DNA of 64,000 nucleotides from Methanotrichaceae archaeon (lineage in GTDB: Archaea; Halobacteriota; Methanosarcinia; Methanotrichales; Methanotrichaceae), in assembly GCA_963754945.1 (NCBI GenBank), contig CAVWIG010000017.1, forward strand, positions 1 through 64,000. Reading direction: 5' to 3'. This document shows, in pieces, positions 12,515 through 23,412 of the stretch. A model generated the notes under the pieces. The model worked only from the letters and a program-made list of their open reading frames with translations, had not been told where the DNA came from and ran no database searches. Position numbers and translations under genes: made by a program. Position 1 is the stretch's first letter, and the number at the start of each line of letters is the position of its first letter.

Positions 12515-14056
12515 ATGGTATCACTCACAGTCTACGATGGCGCTAATGGTATCGGCGGGAATAAAATCTATCTTGAAGAGAAAGGCAAGGGTGTCTTCCT
12601 GGACTTCGGCAAGAACTTCGGAAAATACGGTCAATTCTACGAGGAGTTCCTGAAGAACAGAGACACTCGCGGCATTCACGACCTTATGTACCTCGATCTC
12701 CTACCAAAGCTCAACATCTACCGGCCCGACCTCATTCCCTCTGACCTATCCATGAGCCAGTTCCCTGCGCTCAATGTCTCCGCCGTCCTCCTCAGTCATG
12801 CCCACATGGACCACTGTGGGAACATCGGAATGCTCAGGAAGAACATCCCAATAATTGCCTCACCGGAGAGTATCGTCATAATGAAGGGTATGCAGGACAC
12901 TGGCGTCTCATCCCTTGAAACAGACACCGCTTATTTCTCTCCCCGTCAGCCGACGGACGATCTCGGCCTTTATCTGTCATCAATAGCAGGCGTAAGCTAC
13001 TACGGCAGAGATTTCTTTTGCACACAGGTGCCTTCGGAGGCTTTGACCGCCTTTATCTCCCGTAAACCAGGGCAGGACGGCAAGAGGGCCAAAAAGCTCG
13101 AACCTGGACAGTGCTCATACTACGATAATTCTGGTTTTCCTTTCGAGATCTCAGCCCACCTGGTGGACCACTCTATCTTTGGGGCGACTGCCTACATCCT
13201 GCGAGGAGACACCACAGTAGCGTACACTGGCGACTTCCGACTGCATGGAAAGAATGGAGATTCGACTCGCGATTTTGTACAGAAGGCAAAAGAAGCGTCT
13301 GTTCTCATTACCGAAGGTACCCGCGTCGGTAGGAGCGATTCGATCGATGCAGATATGGCCACGGAGCAGTCAGTCTGTGAAGTGTGCAGGGAAACAGTCG
13401 AGTCCTCGACTGGCCTTGTAGTTGCTGACTTTTCTGCTCGAAATTTTGAGCGTTTAGAATCCTTCCAGGATATTGCCCAAAAGACTGGCAGAGAGCTTGT
13501 CGTGCCTGCAAAGGACATCTACATGCTGCACGCTCTTAGATGCATTGATAGTGCGTGTATATCTGATTCTTTGAAGGTTTACAGCGAGATCGTTACTAAA
13601 TCGAGAAAATGGGAGCAGGAAGTAGTCCAGCCCTTCTATGGTGACCGATATGTTACTCATACCTCGATTCGAGAACATCCGGACGAGTATATTCTATGCT
13701 TCTCCTTCTTTGACATGAAGCACCTCCTCGACATAAAACCCAATGGTGGGACTTACATCTACTCGGCGTGTGAGGCATTCAATGAGGAGATGGAAATCGA
13801 CTTCAAGAGGCTATGGCACTGGCTGAAGCGTTTTAACATCAATTCCTGCGGCTTCTCTCTTGACGAAGATGGAGCTCCGTGCTTTGAGAAGCGCTATCAC
13901 GCTTCGGGCCACGCATCTGAAGAGGACATCACGTGGGCCATTGATCAGATCGATCCAGATTACATAGTCCCTATTCATACTGAGGCAAGGGATTGGTTTG
14001 TTAAGAGCTTCGAGGACGTAATTCTTGTGGAAGAGGGAAAGGCATACGAATTCTAG
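12515..14056 (+). CDS. Metallo-beta-lactamase/beta-CASP ribonuclease (RNase J-like)
   Basis: IGGNKI, LDFG, SHAHMDH, VDHSI, YTGDFR, YHASGHA and PIHTE motifs. Confidence 0.85.
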   Translation: MVSLTVYDGANGIGGNKIYLEEKGKGVFLDFGKNFGKYGQFYEEFLKNRDTRGIHDLMYLDLLPKLNIYRPDLIPSDLSMSQFPALNVSAVLLSHAHMDHCGNIGMLRKNIPIIASPESIVIMKGMQDTGVSSLETDTAYFSPRQPTDDLGLYLSSIAGVSYYGRDFFCTQVPSEALTAFISRKPGQDGKRAKKLEPGQCSYYDNSGFPFEISAHLVDHSIFGATAYILRGDTTVAYTGDFRLHGKNGDSTRDFVQKAKEASVLITEGTRVGRSDSIDADMATEQSVCEVCRETVESSTGLVVADFSARNFERLESFQDIAQKTGRELVVPAKDIYMLHALRCIDSACISDSLKVYSEIVTKSRKWEQEVVQPFYGDRYVTHTSIREHPDEYILCFSFFDMKHLLDIKPNGGTYIYSACEAFNEEMEIDFKRLWHWLKRFNINSCGFSLDEDGAPCFEKRYHASGHASEEDITWAIDQIDPDYIVPIHTEARDWFVKSFEDVILVEEGKAYEF

Positions 14057-14089
14057 CTTTGGCAGTAGTTAAAGAAATTGGTGGGAACT

Positions 14090-14815
14090 ATGGCAACCAA
14101 AAAGGATGAAATGAGAATTAAGATAATTAAAGACGGTCCATATCTGGTTACTGGCGGATTACCGCTGTACGAGCAGGTAATAGTGACTGATGAGGCGGGC
14201 CACACCCGGGAATTAATTGATAAAAAAGAATACCCTCTGCAGGAGACATATATCCTGTGCCGTTGTGGTGCATCTAAAAATAAGCCCTTCTGTGATGGAA
14301 CCCACCGAGAGATCGGTTTCGATGGTAGTGAAACAGCCAGCAGAAAACCCTACATAGAAAAAGCAGAGATATTTGTTGGTCCTGAACTAAAACTGACCGA
14401 TGCCCAAGAATTCTGCGACCACTCCCGTTTCTGTCTCCGGGCTGGTGGGATAAGGAATCTCATACAAAAATCAGACGATCCAGAGGCGCGACAAACCGCC
14501 ATCGAAGAGGCCATGATCTGCCCCTCGGGACGGCTGGTGCTGTGGGATAAGAAAACCGGCAAGTCCTTTGAGAAGGAATTTGAACAATCTCTGGGGCTGG
14601 TACACGACAAACAAAAAGGCTGTGAAGGCCCCATCTGGGTTCGTGGTGGTGTTCCTATTGAATCAGCAGATGGCAGTATGTATGAATCACGCAACAGGGT
14701 AACCCTCTGCCGTTGTGGAAAGTCGGAGAACAAGCCCTACTGTGACGGCAGCCACTGGATGAATAGCCAACAGAAGCTCAAGTTCCGGAAGAAATGGGGA
14801 TTGGACGGGATTTGA
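14090..14815 (+). CDS. CDGSH iron-sulfur domain protein (two CDGSH domains flanking a divergent ferredoxin)
   Basis: LCRCGASKNKPFCDGTH and LCRCGKSENKPYCDGSH, with CDHSRFC...CPSG between. Confidence 0.92.
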   Translation: MATKKDEMRIKIIKDGPYLVTGGLPLYEQVIVTDEAGHTRELIDKKEYPLQETYILCRCGASKNKPFCDGTHREIGFDGSETASRKPYIEKAEIFVGPELKLTDAQEFCDHSRFCLRAGGIRNLIQKSDDPEARQTAIEEAMICPSGRLVLWDKKTGKSFEKEFEQSLGLVHDKQKGCEGPIWVRGGVPIESADGSMYESRNRVTLCRCGKSENKPYCDGSHWMNSQQKLKFRKKWGLDGI

Positions 14816-15032
14816 AACCCGTTTCCTTTGCCTTGCAGAGGCCGCGCTCATCTGCGTCGCAAGAAGTTGGTGCGGTTTTTTCATTTTCTTGATGGCTAAT
14901 CGATTGCATCGGTCTCTCTGATGTTGGAATATGACACATGAGTTCGGCCCAGTTGCTATCGATACCGATGGCCTTTTTGATAAGTTATTGTATTACGTGC
15001 AATTTTTAATAATGGCATTACTCATTCATGGC

Positions 15033-15314
15033 TTACGATTTTCCCAATTGAATCTGCCTCAAGTAATCAAATACCTGTGCGGCTGCTTCGGGATTGAGAT
15101 CATAACGCCTGCAAATAGTTAGAACGCGGACTAACTCAGCATTCTGATCCGCAGCAAGATAAGCCTGCTCTGAATACACTATAGCTTCATCGTAGCCTTT
15201 CTCAACCAAAATTCTTCGGACTTCATTCATAAATGCTGCATATAAGGGAAGCTTAGATTCTCCAATAGCCTTAATGGCCTTCTCGATATTTTCAAGTTCG
15301 TTATCATTATGCAA
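15033..15314 (-). CDS. Hypothetical alpha-helical protein, paralogous to the C-terminal part of the ORF at 63554
   Basis: Shared IKxIG, AFxxxVxxxLxExGY and ELxRVLTIC motifs. Confidence 0.7.
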   Translation of the reverse strand: MHNDNELENIEKAIKAIGESKLPLYAAFMNEVRRILVEKGYDEAIVYSEQAYLAADQNAELVRVLTICRRYDLNPEAAAQVFDYLRQIQLGKS

Positions 15315-15480
15315 TTAACCCACATCCGTTGCTAACTTTGTCAAAATCAGTTTGGTAAGATTAATCCAATCAATTGATATTCTTACTACCATTAGTCTTA
15401 GCTGGAGAAGATGGATTGCGCAAGGCCTCCGAATCCAAATGTCAATAGTGATTCGTTTCGGTCTCAATACCATTGTTCTT

Positions 15481-15711
15481 TTACCATCTTTGTCCCGCCA
15501 AAGCTCGCTTCCCCAGACTAGTTAGCCCCGCCGCACATATGCCGTTGGGGAGACTAGAACCCTCCATATCCGTTTCGCTTTGGGTCTTGACATATCCCTG
15601 CATCTCCAATACCCCAAGGCGTGCTCCAAGTTCCTCCGGATCAAGGTTTACCAAAGAATTAATCTTATCTGCTTTTGGGGATGGAACCTTGAGGTCGATT
15701 ATTGCTTTCAT
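15481..15711 (-). CDS. Small putative winged-helix protein
   Basis: ELGARLGVLEMQGYV...GLTSLGK pattern. The frame extends upstream (DTIDFKIMK) behind a GAGGTGAT RBS. Confidence 0.55.
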   Translation of the reverse strand: MKAIIDLKVPSPKADKINSLVNLDPEELGARLGVLEMQGYVKTQSETDMEGSSLPNGICAAGLTSLGKRALAGQRW

Positions 15712-16023
15712 GATCTTGAAATCGATAGTGTCCGTTATTTATCACCTCAAGTTAATCAGAGTGTAAACCTGTTATAGTTATCGTTTCTTGTGAGTTGGTG
15801 GGGCATACTAGAAGAATCTTAAATATAGGTTTTAAGGGATAGGTTTAGCCAAATCGTCATTTCCTCCGGAATCTTCATTTAGGAAAATGCTATATATCCG
15901 CACAGAATTATGAGTCAAGGTTATACAAAAGCGATTATTAATAGTATTTCCATCGACATGATTAGGCTGTGTGGCTACTTTTCTGTCGAAACGGTTTTAT
16001 TGGAAGATGACATTATTTAAAAC

Positions 16024-16179
16024 ATGGCTATAGAGAGAAGTATTAAGAACTTGCTTTTGCTGGTTCTTGCAATAGTAATCGTTGTCTTCCTCTGGAGAAT
16101 CATCTGGTTCTTGGGTGGATTGGCTATATTCGCAATTGTGGTCTATTTCGTTTATCAGTTGCTCAAAGGCAACCTATAG
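16024..16179 (+). CDS. Small membrane protein (51 aa)
   Basis: MAIERSIKNLLLLVLAIVIVVFLWRIIWFLGGLAIFAIVVYFVYQLLKGNL; two hydrophobic segments; absent from the ORF track. Confidence 0.6.
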   Translation: MAIERSIKNLLLLVLAIVIVVFLWRIIWFLGGLAIFAIVVYFVYQLLKGNL

Positions 16180-16206
16180 TTCGTCGGCTTCATGCTTGCT
16201 GGATCG

Positions 16207-16239
16207 GGGCAAGTTCACCGAAAAAGAGTGAACTTGTCC
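16207..16239. terminator. Stem-loop between convergent genes
   Basis: GGGCAAGTTCAC-N9-GTGAACTTGTCC. Confidence 0.5.
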
Positions 16240-16304
16240 AGGCCGCGCTCGGGCCATGATCAATGGTAATTTCCATAGATCACAAAAAAATATATTTTGT
16301 CACT

Positions 16305-17003
16305 TCATTGGTTAGCCAATTTCTTCATCTCTTCCATCATCAAATTTGCAGCTTTTTTATACTCCTCGTCGGACAATAATTTCTTACTAACTTCCTTGAG
16401 GACATCCTCGGATATCTTGCCTTCCTTCACAAGCTGTCTACCTGCTTCCTTTGCTGCCTCGAAGATGCTCTTTAGGATTACAGCCCCATCACCCTTCATC
16501 ATTTCCCGCATGGCATCAGCACCCGGCCTCAGTAGTGCGCCTGCAAACTCTGTGTTACCGTCTGGTCTTGCATAAATGGCCTTCATCTGTGTCACAAGTG
16601 GATCGAACATGGAGGTGTCCCAGAATCCACAGGATGAGACAAGTACCACCTTCTGTCTCCTTCCAGACGATTCCCCCAAGATATGAAGCGGTAACTGTCT
16701 ATCCATCAAGTTCTTAAGAGGACCCGTGATGCCTGCGTAATACACAGGACTGGCCCAAACAATGACGTCAGCGCCCTTGAGCTTAGGGAGAAGCATCTGC
16801 ATGTCGTCAACTTGACCACATTTCCCTGGATTCTTGAACCAGCAGCTCATGTCTCCATTACAAGGTCCTATCTTCAGGTTCCTGGTGTAGTGTAGATCTA
16901 CATCAGCTCCAGCTTCCTTCATCCCTTCTAAGAATGGGTCTAGGATCATAGCCGTATTTCCATTATCCATGTGAGGGCTACCATTTATGGCCAGAACTTT
17001 CAT
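16305..17003 (-). CDS. Flavodoxin-fold iron-sulfur flavoprotein family protein
   Basis: MKVLAINGSP, Cys cluster C-x4-CW...C, ASPVYY and LKNLMDR. Confidence 0.88.
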   Translation of the reverse strand: MKVLAINGSPHMDNGNTAMILDPFLEGMKEAGADVDLHYTRNLKIGPCNGDMSCWFKNPGKCGQVDDMQMLLPKLKGADVIVWASPVYYAGITGPLKNLMDRQLPLHILGESSGRRQKVVLVSSCGFWDTSMFDPLVTQMKAIYARPDGNTEFAGALLRPGADAMREMMKGDGAVILKSIFEAAKEAGRQLVKEGKISEDVLKEVSKKLLSDEEYKKAANLMMEEMKKLANQ

Positions 17004-17563
17004 AGTTATTTCTCCTATTTTTGGATTGTATTGGTCGCAAAAGCTTATCAACTTATTCAGTCTTGATCAGAACATCAATTTGTCGCTTCTTCGTTTTCTT
17101 CAAGACAGTTCCTTCAATACCCTTTGGTAGCTCCAGGGAGCTGGTTCACCAAGGCACTCAAAATACCTTAATCCGTAACTGGTACAGGGTGCTCTTGTCT
17201 GAGTGTACCTGAGCGCCAACTGTCTTTTCTTGTCCAAACTTCATTTTGGAAGCCTAAATGACTCTAGGTCGATTGTTCTTTGCCCACGGCAACGAAACTA
17301 CGAGTCGCAAGAAAACCAATGAGGCTTAACAATTCCGCTTAACATAAATTCTTGTTGATTTAACTTTATTATTATCGTATTTCCTGACACATGTAATATT
17401 TTTTCTGTATAACTGGCAACCTTGCCATTAAGGATTCGTCGAGCCCTAGCCACAAGCCAAGCCAAGACAATCTACCTATTATGTCCATATTCGACAAACG
17501 ACGAATTTATGGAAAAGATTTAAATAGTATATGGGGATCGATATTATCAAAGGAGGCGTGATC

Positions 17564-18163
17564 ATGGGCATCTCAAGAAGATACACGTACCGATTGGCAA
17601 TTCTAGCCGTCCTTGCCGCTTTCTCGGTAGGGATGGTTGTTGCAGCAAACAGCGAAGCTAACATATCGAACAAAACGTCGTCAAGTGTCGGGACTAACAT
17701 GACCAACAAGGTCTCCATTATTGGAGTCAATTCCACTGGAATGGATCAGTGGATTGTGATCGCGAATAATGGGATGACCAATACCACCTTCACTGGTTGG
17801 AAGCTGATGAATAAGGAGAATCAAACATATGCATTCCCTGCGAGCTTCGCTCTGAAGCCAGGAGCCAAGGCCCAAGTGCATTCCATAGCGGGGAAGCCAA
17901 ACTCCACTAATCTGTACAATAGCTCAGTCCGATTGAATAAGACTGGTGACATGGCGATCCTGAAGGATGCCACTGGAGAGGTTGTGTCAAAGTACTCCTA
18001 TCCAGCTCTAAACACTGAAGTTGCAAAACCCACAACGAATGCAATGAAGCCCAACATTGTTACCCCCAGTGTGGTATACAAAGCCAATACAACTAAGACA
18101 ACTATATCCAATGTCACCACTAATACAGCCAAAGACATTACGAAAATAACCATGGTCAAATAG
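17564..18163 (+). CDS. Secreted lamin-tail-domain protein
   Basis: Signal peptide; QWIVIANNG...TGWKL...YAFP...LNKTGDMAILKDATG pattern; many NxT sequons. Confidence 0.75.
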   Translation: MGISRRYTYRLAILAVLAAFSVGMVVAANSEANISNKTSSSVGTNMTNKVSIIGVNSTGMDQWIVIANNGMTNTTFTGWKLMNKENQTYAFPASFALKPGAKAQVHSIAGKPNSTNLYNSSVRLNKTGDMAILKDATGEVVSKYSYPALNTEVAKPTTNAMKPNIVTPSVVYKANTTKTTISNVTTNTAKDITKITMVK

Positions 18164-18358
18164 GCTTCTAATTTCACATAAAGGGCGAGATTCTCCCCTA
18201 CGTACTAATTTTATTTTTAAAAGTACCATGCGCATTTTGCGGGTTATTTGTTTAAAACCCTCGTGATTCATCAACTCATACTGGAGAATTAAAATCGATA
18301 TCGTACGTGATATTTTCATGGGAAAAATAAAGATCATGGATCTTCAGACATCAGTCAG

Positions 18359-18988
18359 CTAGGGTGAATTCAGCCATGGATAAGCCCAGTTGTACCAGTT
18401 ATTTCCGCTACCATATCCGTCATAAATCCCGTTGTAAGGACCATTGTAAAATCCGTTATAGTATCCTCCGTTTACTAGTGATCGAAGATCGATCGAATTA
18501 CCATACGGGAAGATGCATAAGTCAACATCTCCATAAGGCGTATGTACGTTTCCTACTCCGCCACCCATTTTCTCGCATGTCTTGGATGCAGCCGCAATAT
18601 CCAATGCGCCTTGAGGATCGTTATTGAAGTAAGGATTATAGCCTTGAGGAATGTTGTTGGGATAAGGGTACGATCCTTGAGGATTGTTGTAGAGAGAAGC
18701 GTTATAGTAATTGTTCGAATTAGCATTGCAGTCTCCATTAAAGAATGAATGTGCATCGCATGAGGTACCATCTGGGAATTGACAGATTGCTTTGCCGTTA
18801 TTTACCCCAGGGACCGTCTTATAGAGATAGCCCATACTTATGCAGTGAGCTCTGTCTGGGCCCGAAGTATCGAAACCTAGGCTGGCATTTATTTGCAAAC
18901 CAATTGCAGGAGAGATCAAAATGCATAGCAGTGCGCACGCAAACCCGAATGTTCTGATAGTTGATCCTATTGCCATCTTCATCACCAT
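18359..18988 (-). CDS. Secreted DUF333-like (putative hemolysin domain) protein
   Basis: Signal peptide; two C..MG...C.FP.G repeats; Asn/Tyr-rich linkers. Confidence 0.6.
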   Translation of the reverse strand: MVMKMAIGSTIRTFGFACALLCILISPAIGLQINASLGFDTSGPDRAHCISMGYLYKTVPGVNNGKAICQFPDGTSCDAHSFFNGDCNANSNNYYNASLYNNPQGSYPYPNNIPQGYNPYFNNDPQGALDIAAASKTCEKMGGGVGNVHTPYGDVDLCIFPYGNSIDLRSLVNGGYYNGFYNGPYNGIYDGYGSGNNWYNWAYPWLNSP

Positions 18989-19146
18989 TTAGAGCTTATC
19001 GACCCAACAGAGCCAGTCTCCAATCAGCACCGTTCATGCCACGAGAATTGTCACTACTTATCCACATTATGCTCGAGTTGTTCTATCCCTGAATCCTGAG
19101 GCCGATACCATCATGTATGCAGCGAGAATTGCAAGCACAATATATA

Positions 19147-20431
19147 GAGGGTTTCGATTTAGTGTTGGTTAATGAAGCCTTAAATTCTTGCGTTAATATT
19201 TTCAATCTTTATAGTGGTTTTTTAGCATATTTCACCCCTAAATTGGCTTATTAGATTTCAATTTACCTTGTTGTTTCTAATTTTTGCGCTTTTTTAGAGA
19301 GCTTCCGCTAGGCTGTTTGTTTATGCACTAAATATTTCAACTGTTCCAGGTTGTAAACGACCGAATTCATCATGAATTTTACTCCAGCTCTTGCGACAGT
19401 TGTTACATAAACATGTGCTCCCTTATGCCCCCGCTTCATAACAGCGAAGCATCTTTCGATGTGCGATCGCGTTTTACTGATTCTCTTATTCCTCAGAAGA
19501 TCTATGATTCCAAGCTTGTGACCTCTTGTAGCTTTTTTCATGGCTGCATCATATCCTCGAGTTTTTGCACCATCATATCCCTTATCGGCGTAACGTGGTA
19601 GCCCTTCAATTCCAAGATCTACCTGACTATCGTGTACAGAAGCAGTTGTAGTCTCAAAATATCTGATAAGGTGGTAATTGGTATCGATTGAGATATGACC
19701 TTTATATCCGAAAAAGGATTTGACACCCTTTTTTGCCCAACTTCCCTCATTTATTGGCTCTTCTTCGAGTCTCTGTGGTTTGGCCTTGTCATCAATAATA
19801 TTATTTGAAATACCAATTAGCTCTTTATCAAACTCCTGATTCAGGCTCGTACTGGTGGCTTCGGAATCTTGACCTTCCTTTTTGTCCCCGCCTTGCTCGT
19901 CTTTCTTGTTCCTCTTCCGACCTGGGTCCGAAGTTATGAAGGTTGCATCCTGGATAGTGCCATTCTTTACAGTAAACCCCATCTCATCGAGCTGCCTTTG
20001 AAGCTCATTCCAAAGATCATCGTATACGTCGCACTTAATCAAACGTTCACGGAATAGCCAAACTGTGCTGAAATCAGGAATTACTTCAGTGGTGCCAAGG
20101 AAAATACGAAAAGAGATCCTATCCGCAACCTGTCGCTCCAGTTCTGGATCTGTTAGACCAAACCAATGCTGAATTACGAGAGCTTTCACCATAATCACGA
20201 TGTCAATGTTCGGACGACCTCCGCGGCTAGTTTTATTTTTGTATATCAATGGTTCCAAAAATCTGAAACGCTCCCAATTGATCAACGATCCGATCTCGGA
20301 TAGATCATCTCCGAGGGCTTTTACTCGAGCATATTCTGCTCGAATGGCAAAATCAATGAGAGTCCTCATGCATTATATTATAGTATTAATAGTATATAAG
20401 TATTTCGATTGATTAGTTTTTCGAAACTCTC
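19147..20431 (-). mobile_element. IS5-family element copy 1 (1285 bp; transposase 19308-20369)
   Basis: Ends GAGGGTTTCGA / TCGAAACTCTC. DDE motifs IQDATFI, YADKGY and IERCF. Flanks TATA/AAAG show no TSD. Confidence 0.95.
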
Positions 20432-20463
20432 AAAGATGTTACAAACTGGCTAAAAAAACTTGA

Positions 20464-21480
<1,017 letters not shown>

Positions 21481-21520
21481 CGGCAAATAATTTGTGAATA
21501 AAAAATAAAAGAGGCATAAT

Positions 21521-21700
21521 ATGAATGTTTTATTAGTAAATGGTAGCCCTCACGCCAATGGCTGTACATATACTGCACTTGAAGAAGTGGCAAAGACGCT
21601 AAATACCGAAGGAATAGGAACACAGATCTTCCAGATTGGAACAGAACCTCTGGCTGGTTGTATCGCCTGCAAAACTTGCGCAAAAACCGGGCACAGCCAC
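21521..21700 (+). pseudogene. Truncated iron-sulfur flavoprotein (flavodoxin family) 5' fragment
   Basis: MNVLLVNGSPHANGCT...GCIACKTCAKTG, then an abrupt switch to an inverted tag fragment. Confidence 0.8.
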
Positions 21701-21701
21701 T

Positions 21702-21768
21702 CCCATTCTTTATCGTGATACTCGATGATCAGAGGATCATTGCCCACCCAACTGCACCGTGTTATCAT
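21702..21768 (-). pseudogene. 5' fragment of a second tag copy
   Basis: MITRCSWVGNDPLIIEYHDKEW, nearly identical at DNA level to 3639-3705. Confidence 0.85.
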
Positions 21769-22155
21769 AAGACCATCCTTATGCGATTATACCTATTTTG
21801 CTTGTTATCCTCGATTTAGTTTGTTTCCTTGGTCGATAAGGCCAACTACAAATTATCTAGATCTGCAATATCCTTTTTGCTGAATCGATAGCGTTAAACC
21901 CTGGAGGAGCAGATAGAACCCTCAACAAGATGACAAGAGCTATCAGCACATGGTTAGGATGGCCAGAGAGGACGCTGAAAGCGAACCTATGGAGCTGATT
22001 CACAAAGGCGGATTCCGGCCAGTCCATCCCGAAGAGGCATAATCATACCTTATTTGACTGAGATAATACGGCGGCATCTTATAGAGCAATTTGAGGTATT
22101 GTAATCAATGGGTCCATAGTAACCTTTATCTTCTAATAGATGCTAGTATCCGTCT

Positions 22156-22512
22156 ATGGTTACAAAACCAGATAATTTAACGCAAGTCAAAATAAGACGG
22201 GCGGATCACATTCGCCTTAAACGCTACGGTAAAGCCGGCGATAGCATTGCTGATGCCATGACTGCCGTCTTAGATTATGCGGAATTGGGCATCCAAGCCC
22301 AAGCAAAAGAAGATCTTGAGCATATTCCTCGTGGAGCGGCAAATAGTCCACAAAACTGGCTTCGAGAATACTATTCGGTATCTCGCCAGCGTTCGAGCGA
22401 TAAATATGAAGGCATGGAACTTGCCCTGAAGCATTTCAAAGATCAGTATCCAGAGGTTGAGCCGAAGTATGATAAGGAATACTGGAAACGGCCACAATCA
22501 GAGGTGCTGTGA
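22156..22512 (+). CDS. Hypothetical protein with N-terminal ribbon-helix-helix-like segment
   Basis: TQVKIRRADHIRLKRYGKAGDSIADAMTAVLD beta-helix-helix pattern. Confidence 0.55.
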   Translation: MVTKPDNLTQVKIRRADHIRLKRYGKAGDSIADAMTAVLDYAELGIQAQAKEDLEHIPRGAANSPQNWLREYYSVSRQRSSDKYEGMELALKHFKDQYPEVEPKYDKEYWKRPQSEVL

Positions 22513-22908
22513 ATGGTGCTGAGTCCAACAGTATCTGCTATCATTTCTGGTCTTGTCTCTTCAGCTCTCTTCGCGGGCATTATTGGAATATGGATAGACC
22601 ATAAACTTACCGAACGCGCTAAGCAGCGAGAGGCCAGTGCATCGGTGGTTGATATCCTTGCTGAATGGATTAAGAGTGTCTATACCAAGAAATTCGATAA
22701 CGAATACCGCTGGCGAATACAAACGACTTATTGGAAAAACATTTTGTTGCTCGACAAAGAACTACTTGATGTATTGATACCCAGGCTAGCTAATGCGCCA
22801 AACGCAGCGACTGCTGAGGAGATTATCGTGCTCGCACGTAAAAAATTGCTTAATTTGCCAAAGTCGGATATAAGCGCACAAGAGCTGAATCATTGGTACC
22901 CAGAGTAA
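22513..22908 (+). CDS. Hypothetical membrane-anchored protein
   Basis: N-terminal hydrophobic helix; translationally coupled to the upstream ORF. Confidence 0.6.
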   Translation: MVLSPTVSAIISGLVSSALFAGIIGIWIDHKLTERAKQREASASVVDILAEWIKSVYTKKFDNEYRWRIQTTYWKNILLLDKELLDVLIPRLANAPNAATAEEIIVLARKKLLNLPKSDISAQELNHWYPE

Positions 22909-23412
22909 TGGCAAAGAAGGCATCAAGCAGCCTATATAAGGCAGCCAGGATGAGTCGAGATATCTAATTCCTGGCCTCTGGCAACCCTAAGGAGATTCTG
23001 GGAGAGGAAAAAATAAGCCGCTAGGGCGGCTACTATCTAAGCTGAAGATATGGCGGTAGGCGTTTAATCATCATCGGTTGATGGTGGCCTGATAACAGCC
23101 TCTTCAATTTTCAATATATCTGTTGAGGACACCGCTTTCCCCTTTCCATCGAAACAACAAACCGGATAGGATTCCTTGGGCATTCCGTTTAATAACCTAT
23201 ATTTATGTATAAGAGCGGAACCAAAATCAAATGAATCATGACCATTTGATCTGAATTTTATTATATACTTGTTAGTATTAGTCATATATCTTTCAAGTAA
23301 GTTGTATTTATATTTTTTATCAAAACAACAACAAATATCTCTTACGATTTCTGGTAGATCTATGTAATCTATATTATTTGAATGATGATCTGGAAATGCA
23401 AGTTCTTTTATT

